Shown: positions 52,337-63,674 of the stretch, piece by piece
How the letters are laid out: every line of letters begins with the position of its first letter
How positions within the stretch are numbered: the first letter of the stretch is position 1
From: Antedon mediterranea
Taxonomy: Eukaryota > Animalia > Echinodermata
NCBI RefSeq assembly: GCF_964355755.1
Contig: NC_092670.1
Coordinates: 15,486,795-15,550,794 of the forward strand
Direction of reading: 5' to 3'
DNA: 64,000 nt
Notes under the pieces: generated by a model
Databases searched by the model: none
Seen by the model: only the letters and a program-made list of their open reading frames with translations
What the model was told of the DNA's origin: nothing
Program-made: the position numbers and the translations under genes

Positions 52337-55300
52337 ATGATGTACTGTGCTGCAACTGGACTAATTACAATTTTCCTATTTTCTGCAATAAAATCTGGTG
52401 GTTGTTCTAAGGGTGACCATCATCCAGTGTATCGTACATGCTTACATTATTGTATTAAGGAGAACTGCAGCATGCAGGTAGATGTAGAAAAGTTTGAAGC
52501 AAGCAGGGCCTGGTACCTGAATGCGCTACAGTGGCACTGCCAGGATGAATGCAGATATGATTGTATGTGGGTAACAGTTGAATATTATGATCACAACAAA
52601 ATTCCATGTCCTCAGTTTCACGGCAAGGTATTCTTTTATCTGTATTGTTCTATTATAAAGTAATATTATGTTGTGTGTTTTTACTTTATCATTTTTTATC
52701 AATTTTCAATTTCAGCTTCATTCTATTTCGTTATCACATCATTCATCGGTTTTGCAAGGGATTTTTTTTCTCAAAATTTTGGGATTTGCAAAGAGCATTT
52801 GGGATGCACATAGAAGTGCTATGGGGGATTTGTAAAAAAGGGTGGGTGTGAGGTAAAATTCAATTCAAATTTTAAACATTTATTAACAGAAAATATGTAT
52901 TATTTGTGGAAACTAATAAACAAGTAAACAAACAACAAAGTAAAACAAAATACAAAATGGGAATGATGAACAACCTTTGGTTTGTCTTTACAGGCATTTA
53001 AGACATAAAAATACTATTAGAAAAAAAAATCAACTGTGTATCTTTCTAGTCAAGTATTACGGTATAGGAAATAGCACTGTTTCTTAAAAGACTTTGATTT
53101 TTCTTTTAGTGGCCTTTTCAGCGAATATTCGGAATCCAAGAACTAGCGTCCGTTGTCTTCTCAATATGCCATGCTGTATTGCATCTCTATTTCTGGTGGC
53201 AATTCAGATTAAAAGTTCCATCTGCAGCACCAATGTATAGTACATGGCAGATATATTCTATGGTGAGTACAGTAAAACCCCTATTAAGGGGACACCTTTG
53301 AGACCAACAAAAGTGTGTCCTTGTAATGGTGACTTAGGAATTGGGGTTTGCCATAGTGATACTTCCTCATGGTCGTTTCATAGGAAAATGTCCCTTTAAT
53401 GAGGGTGTCCTATGAATAGGGGTGTCCCCTGATTAAGGGTATCTTTTGAATAGAGATGTCCCCTGAACAAGGGGCATCCTCTGAATAGGGGTATCACTAA
53501 ATAAGGGGCATCCTCTGAATAGGGGTATCCCTGAATAAGGGGCCTCCCCTGAATAGGGGTATCCCTGAATAAGGGGCATCCCCTGAATAGGGGTATCCCT
53601 GAATAAGGGGCATCCTCTGAATAGGGGTATCCCTGAATAAGGGGCATCCCTGAATAAGGGGCATCCCCTGAATAGGGGTATCCCTGAATAAGGGGCATCC
53701 CCTGAATAGGGGTATCCCTGAATAAGGGGCATCCTCTGAATAGGGGTATCCCTGAATAGGGGTATCCCTGAATAAGGGTTTCCACTGTATGTATACATTG
53801 CTCTGGTTCACTTACACAGCCTGGGCCTAGTTCAGACCAATGTATGTACTATCAAGAAACTTGATAGTTTGTTTGAATAACCTTTGTCGTATTCGATTTA
53901 GACTTTCACCGTTGAGTACAGTTTTTCCGTTGAGTACTTCTTTAACGGAGTATTTTGAGCGTTGAGATTGTTCTTAACGAAACAGCTTTCGTTGTCAACG
54001 TTTTCTATTCGAATGACTTTCTGTTGAGCACAAATTTACAATTCGAATACAAAAAGTACTCAACGAATCTTTACGTTGACAACGAAAGTTCCCAATCGAA
54101 TACGGCAATTCACAACTAGAAAGCCACTCAGAGAGTGCATACCTCCGCCTACTGTAAAATTCTCCTACAAAAGATTTCTCCGGTAAAAATATATATATAT
54201 ATTTGTGTGTGTCTTCTTTTGAGTAATCCGGCTAACAAACAAACGCTACCGATTACATATACCTCCTTGGCGGAGGTAAATAAGTCTATTTTTGCAATAG
54301 CTATACCAGCAGACTATACGTTTTCATGAAAATCGATAGATAGTGTCGCAAAATGTTGGTTTATCTTATCTTCAATATGCTGAATTATTAGATAGCATTC
54401 TCTCTGTAGCTCTTAATTTTGCCCCAAGTGTTTGCTCATTTTCTGAGTTTTTATTATTTTATCGTTATTATTTGTGTTTTGTCTATAGATTAGTATGAAT
54501 GCTTGGCTTTGGTCTACAGTTTTTCACACTAGAGATTTAATTTGGACAGAGGTGAGAGTTCTATTCAAAAAATTTCAAGTTTATTGGTAGGAAAGTTATT
54601 TGACAGTTTCAACTAACTACATCATTTATTTTCACTTTCAATCAAATTTGTCCATCTTGTGATAAAAAAAAATTGAATGCCATACACTTCTTTATAGACT
54701 TGACAATAACTAGATACTTACAAGTAAATGTAGGTTTTTTTATGTAGTAAAACTATAAAACCAGACTGTTTATCCCAGAGTGGTTTAAGAGTTGAACCCA
54801 CACCTTTGGTATTCTGCAGGTCACCAAGCCTCAGTGCCACTTATTGACCTCTCCCTCATCTTGTCCATGAACTTCTTATTTTCAGAGAATGGATTATTTC
54901 TGTGCAACATCATTAGTGCTAGCTAGTCTATTAGCCCACTGTATACGGTAAGTATATAGTTTTTAATTATTTTAAAACTCCGTGTCATTGAAGAATATGG
55001 CCACTGAAATTGTCCCATTACCACAATTTTCCTAAATTCTAAAAATTATTTAGAAAATGAGTGTCCAGTTTGTTGTAGAAGAGTTACTGTAGTTTATTTT
55101 TTGATTTTTAAGCTCTGTCCACACTATCAAACTAGTTGATGTGTGTGATGTGCACAAATATGGTACTCAGTAGTGATATGCCCACTTTTTTTCATAAAGT
55201 TTGATAGTGTAGACAGAGCTTTATGTTGATTTGATCACATTTACTTGGTCACTTTACTATTTTTTTTTATAATTATAGTGTTCTTGGTTGGTATGGTGGT

Positions 55301-57306
55301 ATTCTTCACTCTAAAATCACATGTTTGTGTATCGTTGTCATGATTACATTGTTTTCTGCACATGTGTACTATCTCTCGTTTGTAAAGTTTGATTATGGCT
55401 ACAATATGAAAGTAAATGTTGCTGTGGGTAAGTTAAATGTTTCATGTCATTTTTTCATTTTAAAGATGTATTGTCCCCCTGAAACAAATAATTCTTAACA
55501 AATTTTTTGTTGAATATTCCATTTTAATGTAACATAATAGTTATCTACTTTGACCAAAAATTGGATCGGAAACAAAAATATACTTACCTGAAAAAATGTA
55601 ATTTAAAGCAAAAAATGGTCAAATTGGCTGCCAGCCAATATATTTTTGGTTGAATTTTAACATTTATTTTGTCATTTTATAAGTAAAAACATTATTTTTT
55701 GGGTTTTTTTTTCTATTGAAGTGATTGATTTTATTAAAACTACAAAATAACCTATTCAAAGTCTGATTTAATTAATCTTCATTTTTTATGTTTTTGAGGG
55801 ACAATACATCTTTAACATTACCATAGATTGTTATAAAGTTTCATTTCAAATTATTCTTATGTCACGTTTTCGAGGTCTAATTTTTACAAGTTCAGTCAGA
55901 ACAATAAACAATAAAACCATGTACATGTATCCCTGCTGCATACATCCAAACATGCGCGTTTTCCATCCACAATTTTTTTAGGGCAAGTTAGATTTGGTTT
56001 ATAAGGGCAATAAGTAAAATATCTGACAAACTGGCCCTGCTGATCACTAAAACAAAACCCAATATTGGTCCATATGTTCATTAACAAAACAATTTGTATT
56101 TGCTGCAATGTTAAAATGGAAATATTTGATTTAAAGTAGATTGGTTAAGATTTTGTACACACTTCAGAATGAGAGTGTTGCTGGAACTAAGATAAAAATA
56201 TATATGTATTATTTTAAAGGTGCTATAAATACTATATGGATTGTGCTGTGGAGTGTAAAAAACATGTCACACCAGCCTTATGTATGGAAGGCCATGGTGA
56301 CCGTAATTGGCACCAGTTTATTATTACTTCTTGAACTTGGTGACTTTGCTCCAATTGGTTGGATTTTCGATGCGCATTCCATATGGCATGGTGCCACAAT
56401 ACCGTTAGTGGTCTTTTGGTATAGGTAAGCATTTTCAGTATTATAGATGGTCTGTGCATAATATATAGATAGACAGTACAAATAGACAGGACAAATAGAC
56501 AGTAAAGACAGACAAATAGATAGAGCACATTCTGTACAGTACATACAGACAGTACATAATAGACAGTATAGACAGGCAGTAAAAATAGACAGTACAAATA
56601 GACAGGACGAATAGACAGGACAAATAGACAGTAAAGACAGACAAATAGATAGAGCACATTCTGTACAGTACATACAGACAGTACATAATAGACAGTATAG
56701 ACAGGCAGTAAAAATAGACAGTACAAATAGACAGGACAAATAGACAGGACTAATAGACAGGATAAATAGACAGTAAAGACAGACAAATAGATAGAGCACA
56801 TTCTGTACAGTACATACAGACAGTACATAATAGACAGTATAGACAGGCAGTAAAAATAGACAGTATATAGACAAACAGTACATATAGACAGACAGTATAA
56901 TTATGCAGACAGTGCATAGACATCCAGAAAAATTTTTTCAGGACAGTAGACGAAGAAGACGGTAATTTAACAGACCATCAGTTGTTTTTGTCCCGTTTTT
57001 TAGAGAGTTGACTGAAAAAAATTAGAAAATCCTGATTCGTTTCAGCGTCTTCCAAAGCTCTGCTATACTATCAAACTCTATGTTACAAAAAATGTGATGT
57101 CATGCTTATATATGGACATGATGTCATATCACTACCATATTTGGGCATATCGCACTATTTTTGTCAAGCTAGTTTGATAGTGTAGACAGAGTTTAAAGAT
57201 CTTCAAATATTCCTAATTTTTTTGTTCTTTTCTTTTTTTTAGTTACATTATAGATGACTGCCTTTACATGTATGAGTGTATGATGAAGTTCAAGAAAACT
57301 GTGTAA
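52337..57306 (+). CDS. PGAP3: Post-GPI attachment to proteins factor 3 (Per1 family), 7 coding exons, 328 aa
   Basis: Exons 52337-52627, 53110-53262, 54489-54551, 54886-54947, 55279-55427, 56220-56424, 57243-57306; 987 nt in frame. SKGD..C..C..C, WHCQDECRYDCM, QFHGKWPFQRIFGIQE, NAWLWSTVFHTRD..TERMDYF, FDYGYNMKVNV, LELGDFAP..FDAHSIWH. Probable 5'UTR exon ends at 50919. Confidence 0.96.
53270..53787. mobile_element. Tc1/mariner-type MITE with an internally amplified 16/17-bp minisatellite
   Basis: TA|CAGTAAAACCCCTATTAAGGGGA ... TCCCTGAATAAGGGTTTCCACTG|TA; 53400-53780 consists of CCCTGAATAGGGGTAT / CCCTGAATAAGGGGCAT units. Confidence 0.85.
53884..54108. mobile_element. Small TIR element
   Basis: TTGTCGTATTCGATT...AATCGAATACGGCAA; interior CGTTGAGTAC/GTACTCAACG repeats. 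Confidence 0.65.
54114..54280 (-). mobile_element. Short Helentron/HINE-like element
   Basis: Minus strand begins TTTACCTCCGCCAAGGAGGT and ends GGCGGAGGTATGCACTCTCTGAGTGGCTTTCTAGT (subTIRs plus 3' hairpin). Confidence 0.75.
55464..55811. mobile_element. TTAA-target MITE, Kolobok-like ends
   Basis: TTAA|AGATGTATTGTCCC ... GGGACAATACATCT|TTAA; the AG start fits Kolobok rather than piggyBac (CCY). Confidence 0.75.
56465..56900. repeat. Compound tandem repeat (~125-150-bp units built from ATAGACAG) in the last PGAP3 intron
   Basis: Three copies of AGACAGACAAATAGATAGAGCACATTCTGTACAGTACATACAGACAGTACATAATAGACAG... Confidence 0.9.
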
Positions 57307-57831
57307 TACTGTACTTAATCAAAATGTTAACTGAAATTGTTTTAATTATTATGGATATTAAGAGTGTGCAATTGAAGATTATAAATATTGACAGTTCGGG
57401 AACGTTTACAGATATGGGCTCAGTTGATTAAGTTAGCAGTCAGTGGAACGTATAGAGGGGCTCTGTGAACACTCAGATGTCCATGTCGTCATGAAACTTG
57501 TATTTGATATAGAAGACCACAGCGGGACGGGTTCATCATTTCTCTTTAGCATCAGCATTATACTACAAAAACACTTACGAATATTCATTTTAATAAGAAA
57601 ACTTTTAAGATCAAATATAATTTTTTTTATATTTATTTATAACGATTTTTAAATATGTACAGTTTTTTATGTTAATAATAACAGATGATTATATTACAAT
57701 AAAAGACATTAAAATGGCTTTAATTGCCATTTGGAAGAATTACCAACTGGATAAGTTTTGTGGTTTGAAGATAAAATATACAATAATCGATAAACAACAA
57801 TAATATAAATCAATGTTTTTAGAATTATCTA

Positions 57832-60800
57832 TTACCAGACGAATCCTAATCGTTTCCGCGTGTTGGATGGATTACCAACATGGAGTGATTTCATTTCCTC
57901 TGTGCTTCCTCTCTGGTAATGAGGCAGCTCAACAGCACTCTTATCTTGGACAAGGTAGCTAGGCCTAATTCCCCCTTTGCCTTCAAAGACAGGGCCTAGA
58001 CCTCCACCATGGCCTTCACGAGCTGCTTTAACCAATGGGTAAACATTTCGGCCTCCATTCTTGCAATGATCAATAACCTTTGTGGCATATTCTTGAAACT
58101 GTTCCTCTTCCACACCCAATAGTTCTATATTCTTCTGATCCATAGCAAGCTGTTCCATTTTAATGTCCTTCTCTTTAGTTTGACGCTCTTCTACCTGTTG
58201 CACATGCGCCTTCTGTAATTCCGTCATTCCTTCCTTTCGTTTTTCTTCCTTCTCAACTTGCTTAGCAAAGAACAGCGCATCTGCCTCTTCTTTAAGTCTC
58301 AGCGCCTCTAACTCTTTCTTGCGTTCAGCACGCTGTTCATCTTGCCTACGTTTCATATGCTCAGTTCGATGTTTTGACGTTTCTGCGAGCATTTCTGTAA
58401 ATGCTTTCTCCTTCTCTTGCGTTTCGTTCTTAATCTTGTCTTCTCTTTCTGAAACAGCACGTGCAATGCGGTCATCTTCATCGTCCTTAGCCTGTTTTAG
58501 CTGGGTGTCTAACTTGGTCACCATCGAAGATAAATGATCCTGTTTTTTCCTAAAAGATAATAGTTTTTTATAATTAGTCGGATTCAAACTACCACCTCTT
58601 TTGCAATTCCATTATCATGTATAATACACATATAATTAAAAAAGCGCAGCCGAAGAGAAATCTGATATTTTAATTACTTTTTTTGTTCTTATTAAAGTAA
58701 GTTAACATTATCTTCATACAATGTTACCACCCTCCACTTTTTGATATCCATGTTTGACAACCTATTAATATTATATGTTAGTATTTCCCAGTTTAAAAAA
58801 TCCTTGATACGCCAATGCCCACCTAAAACATTGTGATTTCGAGATACTTACTGCCAGAGCTCCTGCTCTCTTTCTTTTCTGAGGCTTGTCATCTTTTTCT
58901 TCGCTTTTGCAAAGATTCTTATTTCTTCCTCCTCTTCTTCTTCCTTCTGCTTTTCAGCCGCTCTTATCAAATCTCTGTCGCTCACTGTCTGCATGTGAGA
59001 ACGCATCAGATCTAATTTCTCTGCACGTTGTATGTCCTCGATCCTTGCTTTCTCCGCATTATAAACTTCCAGTTGATGTTTCAGTTGCATGCCTTCGTGC
59101 ATGTCTTGATTTTTAGCAATTTGGAGTGCTTTAAGATGTTCTTGAATCCTTAAAATAAACAAATTTTAAATATAAACAATCAAAACCTGTTGTTATTTTC
59201 TAAAATCAGTGACAACATGCTCTAATAGTGGCAACATGCCCTCATAAATGTGCATCAATTGCATTAGATTTCAATCTTGGTACAGTAGTACCCACTAAAA
59301 TACAACACAATGGCAGGGTTGGTGACCTACCCACCAAACGTAAACTTACTGTCTCTTTTGGAAGTCTGAAATGTCTTTACGTTCTTTGAGCGCTTTCATT
59401 GCCTTTTTGTGATCTTCCAGGATGCCTGACTCCAAGTCTTTCTGATATTTTTGCAGCAGATTTTTGTCTTTTCCTTTAAACTGTTCATCCCTTCTTTTCT
59501 TCAGCTCTATCTGGGCTTCTCGTTCCTTCAATACTTCCGTCAGTAATAATGCTCCCTGAAAGAAGAAATTCCTAATTAATTTTCTGAAGATTCATTACAG
59601 TATTCAGTAAACAGATTAAAATTGATAGAAGCAAGTTAACAGGAAAGCTTCTGATTTTCAACATTTGAGCAGTTAGCTTTATTTTTATTTAATTCTAAAT
59701 CACATGTTTAGAATTAAATAAAGATAAAGATAACTGCTCAAATGTTGAAAATCATCATGATCATCCTTTAGTGGTATTTGTATGGCTTTCTTCCCATTTT
59801 GGGATGCACATCAAACCTACATGAAATCCTTTCACTCTGTCAGTTTGGTAGTATTGTAATGTTTTGGCTTTTTCTATTGCTTCCTTTCTTTTCTCTGCCT
59901 GGAACTTTCCTTCTTCTATGTCTATTTGTACTCGTTCTTCCTCCTCTTTCTCTTCTCGAATCTTCCTGGCTTCAAGTTTTTTCAATCTTTGCCCCTATTA
60001 CAAAATATATTAATTATTATTCACTATGAAGTAAAAAAGAGTACTGGGCCTAGTACATAAAAAACTTGTTATTTGTTATAATAATGCATGCTCTAAGATT
60101 AAGAAGGCAAAAGTATGGAGCTCATAAATGATGATAAATGATGTAAATATAATGTTATGATTCCCCATTAAAGAATATTAACACATTTTTCTTTTTTTGC
60201 AAGCTTGGTTCTCACGTCAAGGACTCAACTTAGGGAAGTAAGCACAACACAAGAGTTCACCAATCACAAGCGATAGTTCGGAAGGTAACTGTCCATCGCA
60301 TCATGATTGGTCAAATTACTTGTGTGGCGCGGTTAACGTTCTTTATATAAGCGAGACCCCAAAATCGAAAATGTTCACAATGTTTATTTATTGGTATGAC
60401 GGTAACAGCTTACAGCAATGGTATTGCTCCAGTTCTTCACCATTTCGGTGGATCTTTCATGGAGGTCTTCTCTTTCCAACTTTAGATTCTTGCGCTTCTC
60501 GGCTTCTTTCGATGTTCTTGACAACTGTGTTTGGATTCTTCCCCACTCATCTTTTGACAACACTGTAATATTATTGCGTCTGCTTACACCCTGGTCCTCC
60601 TCATCATCTTGAACGGGAGATCCTGAAAAATAAGTACAATAAAAAATAAGTTTACCTATCCTAGGCATGGACCTAGCACCCATATTGTGGGTTTTAAGTA
60701 ATAATTTACAGCGCGGCCGACACATTCATAAATGATTAAATCTTATTTGTTTGTGATTGATTAAATTTCATGACTTTTTCAGTACTTTATACTTACTTCT

Positions 60801-60851
60801 TGATTTCCCAGATCGTCTTCCAAATTTAACTTTATCACCTGAAACTTCCAT
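57832..60851 (-). CDS. CFAP210: Cilia- and flagella-associated protein 210 (CCDC173), trichohyalin-plectin-homology coiled coil, 6 exons, 552 aa
   Basis: Exons 60797-60851, 60414-60622, 59821-59994, 59350-59555, 58852-59148, 57832-58549; 1659 nt in frame. FGRRSG, VKNWSNTIAGQRLKKLEA, AKTLQYYQTDRVKGFHGALLLTEVLKEREAQI, GGIRPSYL, C-terminal RLGFVW. Confidence 0.9.
59652..59754. repeat. Near-perfect fold-back palindrome in CFAP210 intron 3
   Basis: 48-bp arms with two mismatches around a 7-nt loop TCACATG. Confidence 0.9.
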
Positions 60852-61695
60852 ATCTTCTCATAGAAAAGCTATAATATTTAATAAGCTGTGTATAATTTCC
60901 TTCAATAATATGAGCGTCCTATATCTCGCTAGGCCTCTCTCATTGATTTCCTACCCTCTCTCTGTTCTGATCCAACCCGCCTTCGATATGGATGGATCTT
61001 CGTGTGCGTTAATTGCACACATTGATCTTTTTTGTTATGTTGTTGGCAACCAAGTGCTTAGCAACAATGTCTATGACGTTAATGAGCGTGCACCGCGTCA
61101 CCAGGATTTCTCCTGAAGGAAGAGGGCGCTAAACTCAAAACAGAGAGTGTGAGAGTTAATTGGTCATGTTTTGCACGCATGAATGCACATACCACATGTC
61201 GGTGGTCGGTAGAAAATTTATAAAATTATTAAATTATTTTACAAAGAAGACCGATCCCTACCTGTAATATACGTTTTAACCAGGTCAATAATTAGTAGGT
61301 AGTCTGCACTAAAAGAATAAGGTTAGCCACCACTAGACATTAATAATTGTAGTATAGTTTTTGCCATCGTCGGGTCGGCCTACCTAATAAAGTAGTAGCC
61401 GGGCGTTGGGTCGTGACCGACGTGCCGAGCGAGAGGGTGTTCTACTCTCTAGCTAGCTAGGGCTTGGCTATTGTTGATAGGCCTAGCTAGCTGGATGGAG
61501 TCAAAATCTTTCGGTAGCGAAAATAACCTTTCCCCACCCTATTAGTATTAATGTTATTTATTTTCTAAAATTAGTATTGACTAGGCCTATATTCGTATAC
61601 TTACAAAAACATCACTTTATTTAATAAAATAATGGTAAATTTATACTTAGTTTAGTTTAGTTTAGTTTAACTAATTTTTCAGTACTTTTTTACAG
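60852..61695. promoter_or_regulatory. Divergent promoter region CFAP210/NSUN6 with RFX X-box-like sites
   Basis: GTTGTTGGCAAC (61039), GTGCTTAGCAAC (61054), AGAGGGCGC (61121). Confidence 0.65.
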
Positions 61696-61756
61696 ACGTA
61701 ATGTTGTGTGTGGAACCAAACAATTTTCACCCATCATTTTTAACGAGAATCAAAAG

Positions 61757-63624
61757 ATGCTTTTCACACCAGAAGTGATGCAAAATCTTGAGAACGATTT
61801 CTGCAATGAAGAGGTGAAAATAATCTCTAGATATTTTTTTCATAATTTAAACCCTGATTTACACGTACAAAGAAATGGAACAAATTGTTATGTATAGTTT
61901 GTCACAGTGTAATGTAATAACACTGAAAAAAAAACTTACCAATGTAAACATTACATTTTTGTATAAATCAGTATAAGTTTACAAATTCATTAGTTTTATT
62001 ATTAATATTTATTAGTTTTAATTGTTATTTTCAAAAATAAAAAATGTTATTTTTCTATGATTGTAGGTTAAAAAGCATTATAAAGAAACGGGTTGCCAGA
62101 AAAGATTTGAAAAGTTGCTCTCAAATTTAAAGATCCCGCCTTCTGTTACTGTAGTTCGTGTAAATACCCTTAAGTACTCAATTGTAGAAGTTAAAGAATT
62201 ATTACAAGATGTCTTGAAGAAGGTAAGTCTTTTATAAGATGCTTAGTCTATTATATAAATGAGATGCTTTTGTTCACTAAATTGATTTGCAACAAAACCT
62301 CAAAACTGCCGCCTGAGAGATTTCTTAAAAGTTCAAATGGTTCCATTCAATTGAATTTTAATTTAGTTTCAACTTGGGGATTATGATTAATATTGTAGGA
62401 CATTTTTGATTATTGTTGATTTTATTGTTTTTAGCAATATGAGCAAAAGAGCTACCCAGCACCTGACATCTTAGAACATCCTCTTATACCAGATGTTCTT
62501 CTTATACCAAGTAGCTGTGGACTTACAGACTTGACACCAGCTAAGAAAGAAGTTGTTGTAGACTTGATATGTGCCACGGCCATTATGCGAGGAGCGGACA
62601 TCTTTGCTGCTGGTGTCATGGGTGCTGATTCAAGTAAGGGGAAGCATCTTGTAAAAGGCAATGAAGTGTGTATGACACTAGGTTGTGTTTATACACAAGG
62701 AAGAAGTGTGCACATGTGTTTAGGCTGGCACAGTAGGGAGTATGTAAGGACTCTTTTCAAAATTGTGTGCATATTCAGGGGTGCTGTAGGTGTGCTGTTT
62801 GTATATTGGTGTCTAGAAATTTAAGTACTCTGTGTAAATGTCACCTTGAGTATGTGTTAGGTGAGTGATTGCACACCTCAAATGATATGGCCTGCTGTGC
62901 TATTTCTGCCACTAGCATTGTGTATAAGAGCGGGTGCATTTCACATGGCCAAGGTTCACAGAATGTTTTGTGTAGATTGCATCTCCTCTAAACCACAGGA
63001 GCAATAATCACACTGTCAGTTTTCCATTCAGCTACATCAGGATAGCAAATTTTTTGGAACAATGTTTTATTTATTCAATTTCTTTTTTAATTCAATTCAC
63101 TAACTAGATGGTTCCCCATCCATTGGACAGGTGACCACTAACTAGTACTACTTTTTATATGTAGGCATCCAAAGAGGTGATTTAGTTTCAGTCCACGCAG
63201 ACCTGGATGACAAATGTCGACGTGGAGCAACAAAGCCATACCAAGGAGCAAAGGTTTTTATCGGTAACGGAATGGCAGTCATGAGTCGTGCTGACGTGTT
63301 TGTTGAGGCCAAAAGGTCTGTATGAGAGGAATGTGTTTACAATTGTTCACAAATTTTACTTATTGTTCAATCTTACAAATTTAAATCCCAGAACTAAAAA
63401 AAAATTTTTGCAATATTAACTAGTTTAGTTTTTAAACATTTAATTGAAAAATCTTATTTATAGTGGTGTTGCGGTGCAGATGTCAGAGGGTATTTATGAC
63501 TCACCTTCACTGAACAATGTTTTACCAAATCACATGTTTCTTCAAAACCTACCATCAGTAGTAGTAGGCCATGTTTTAAATCCTCAACCGGGGGACACAG
63601 TCCTTGACATGTGTGCAGCTCCAG
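61757..63624 (+). CDS. NSUN6: NSUN6 RNA m5C methyltransferase, 5' part (continues beyond the window; the true start may be further upstream)
   Basis: Exons 61757-61813, 62067-62222, 62435-62633, 63165-63315, 63464-63624. RFEKLL..PPSVTVVRVNT, HPLIPDVLLIP, PUA domain AIMRGADIFAAGV..KVFIGNG, FLQNLPSVVVGHVLNPQPGDTVLDMCAAPG. Confidence 0.94.
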
Positions 63625-63674
63625 GTGAGAGTGTATTTTTGATTATTTTGTTTTGATGGATAAAAGGAATATAA

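Noticed and set aside
53396-53811. Three overlapping ORFs with GYPYS/RGCPLF repeats; CRISPR-like look
   Set aside because: Minisatellite within a MITE; no unique spacers, no cas genes, eukaryotic intron.
56232-56883. Cys/Tyr/Leu-rich 200-aa minus-strand ORFs
   Set aside because: Translation of an intronic tandem repeat.
63316-63463. NSUN6 intron with weak donor GTCTGT, considered as a minor-spliceosome intron
   Set aside because: Lacks the U12 RTATCCTT donor; phase fits an ordinary weak U2 donor.
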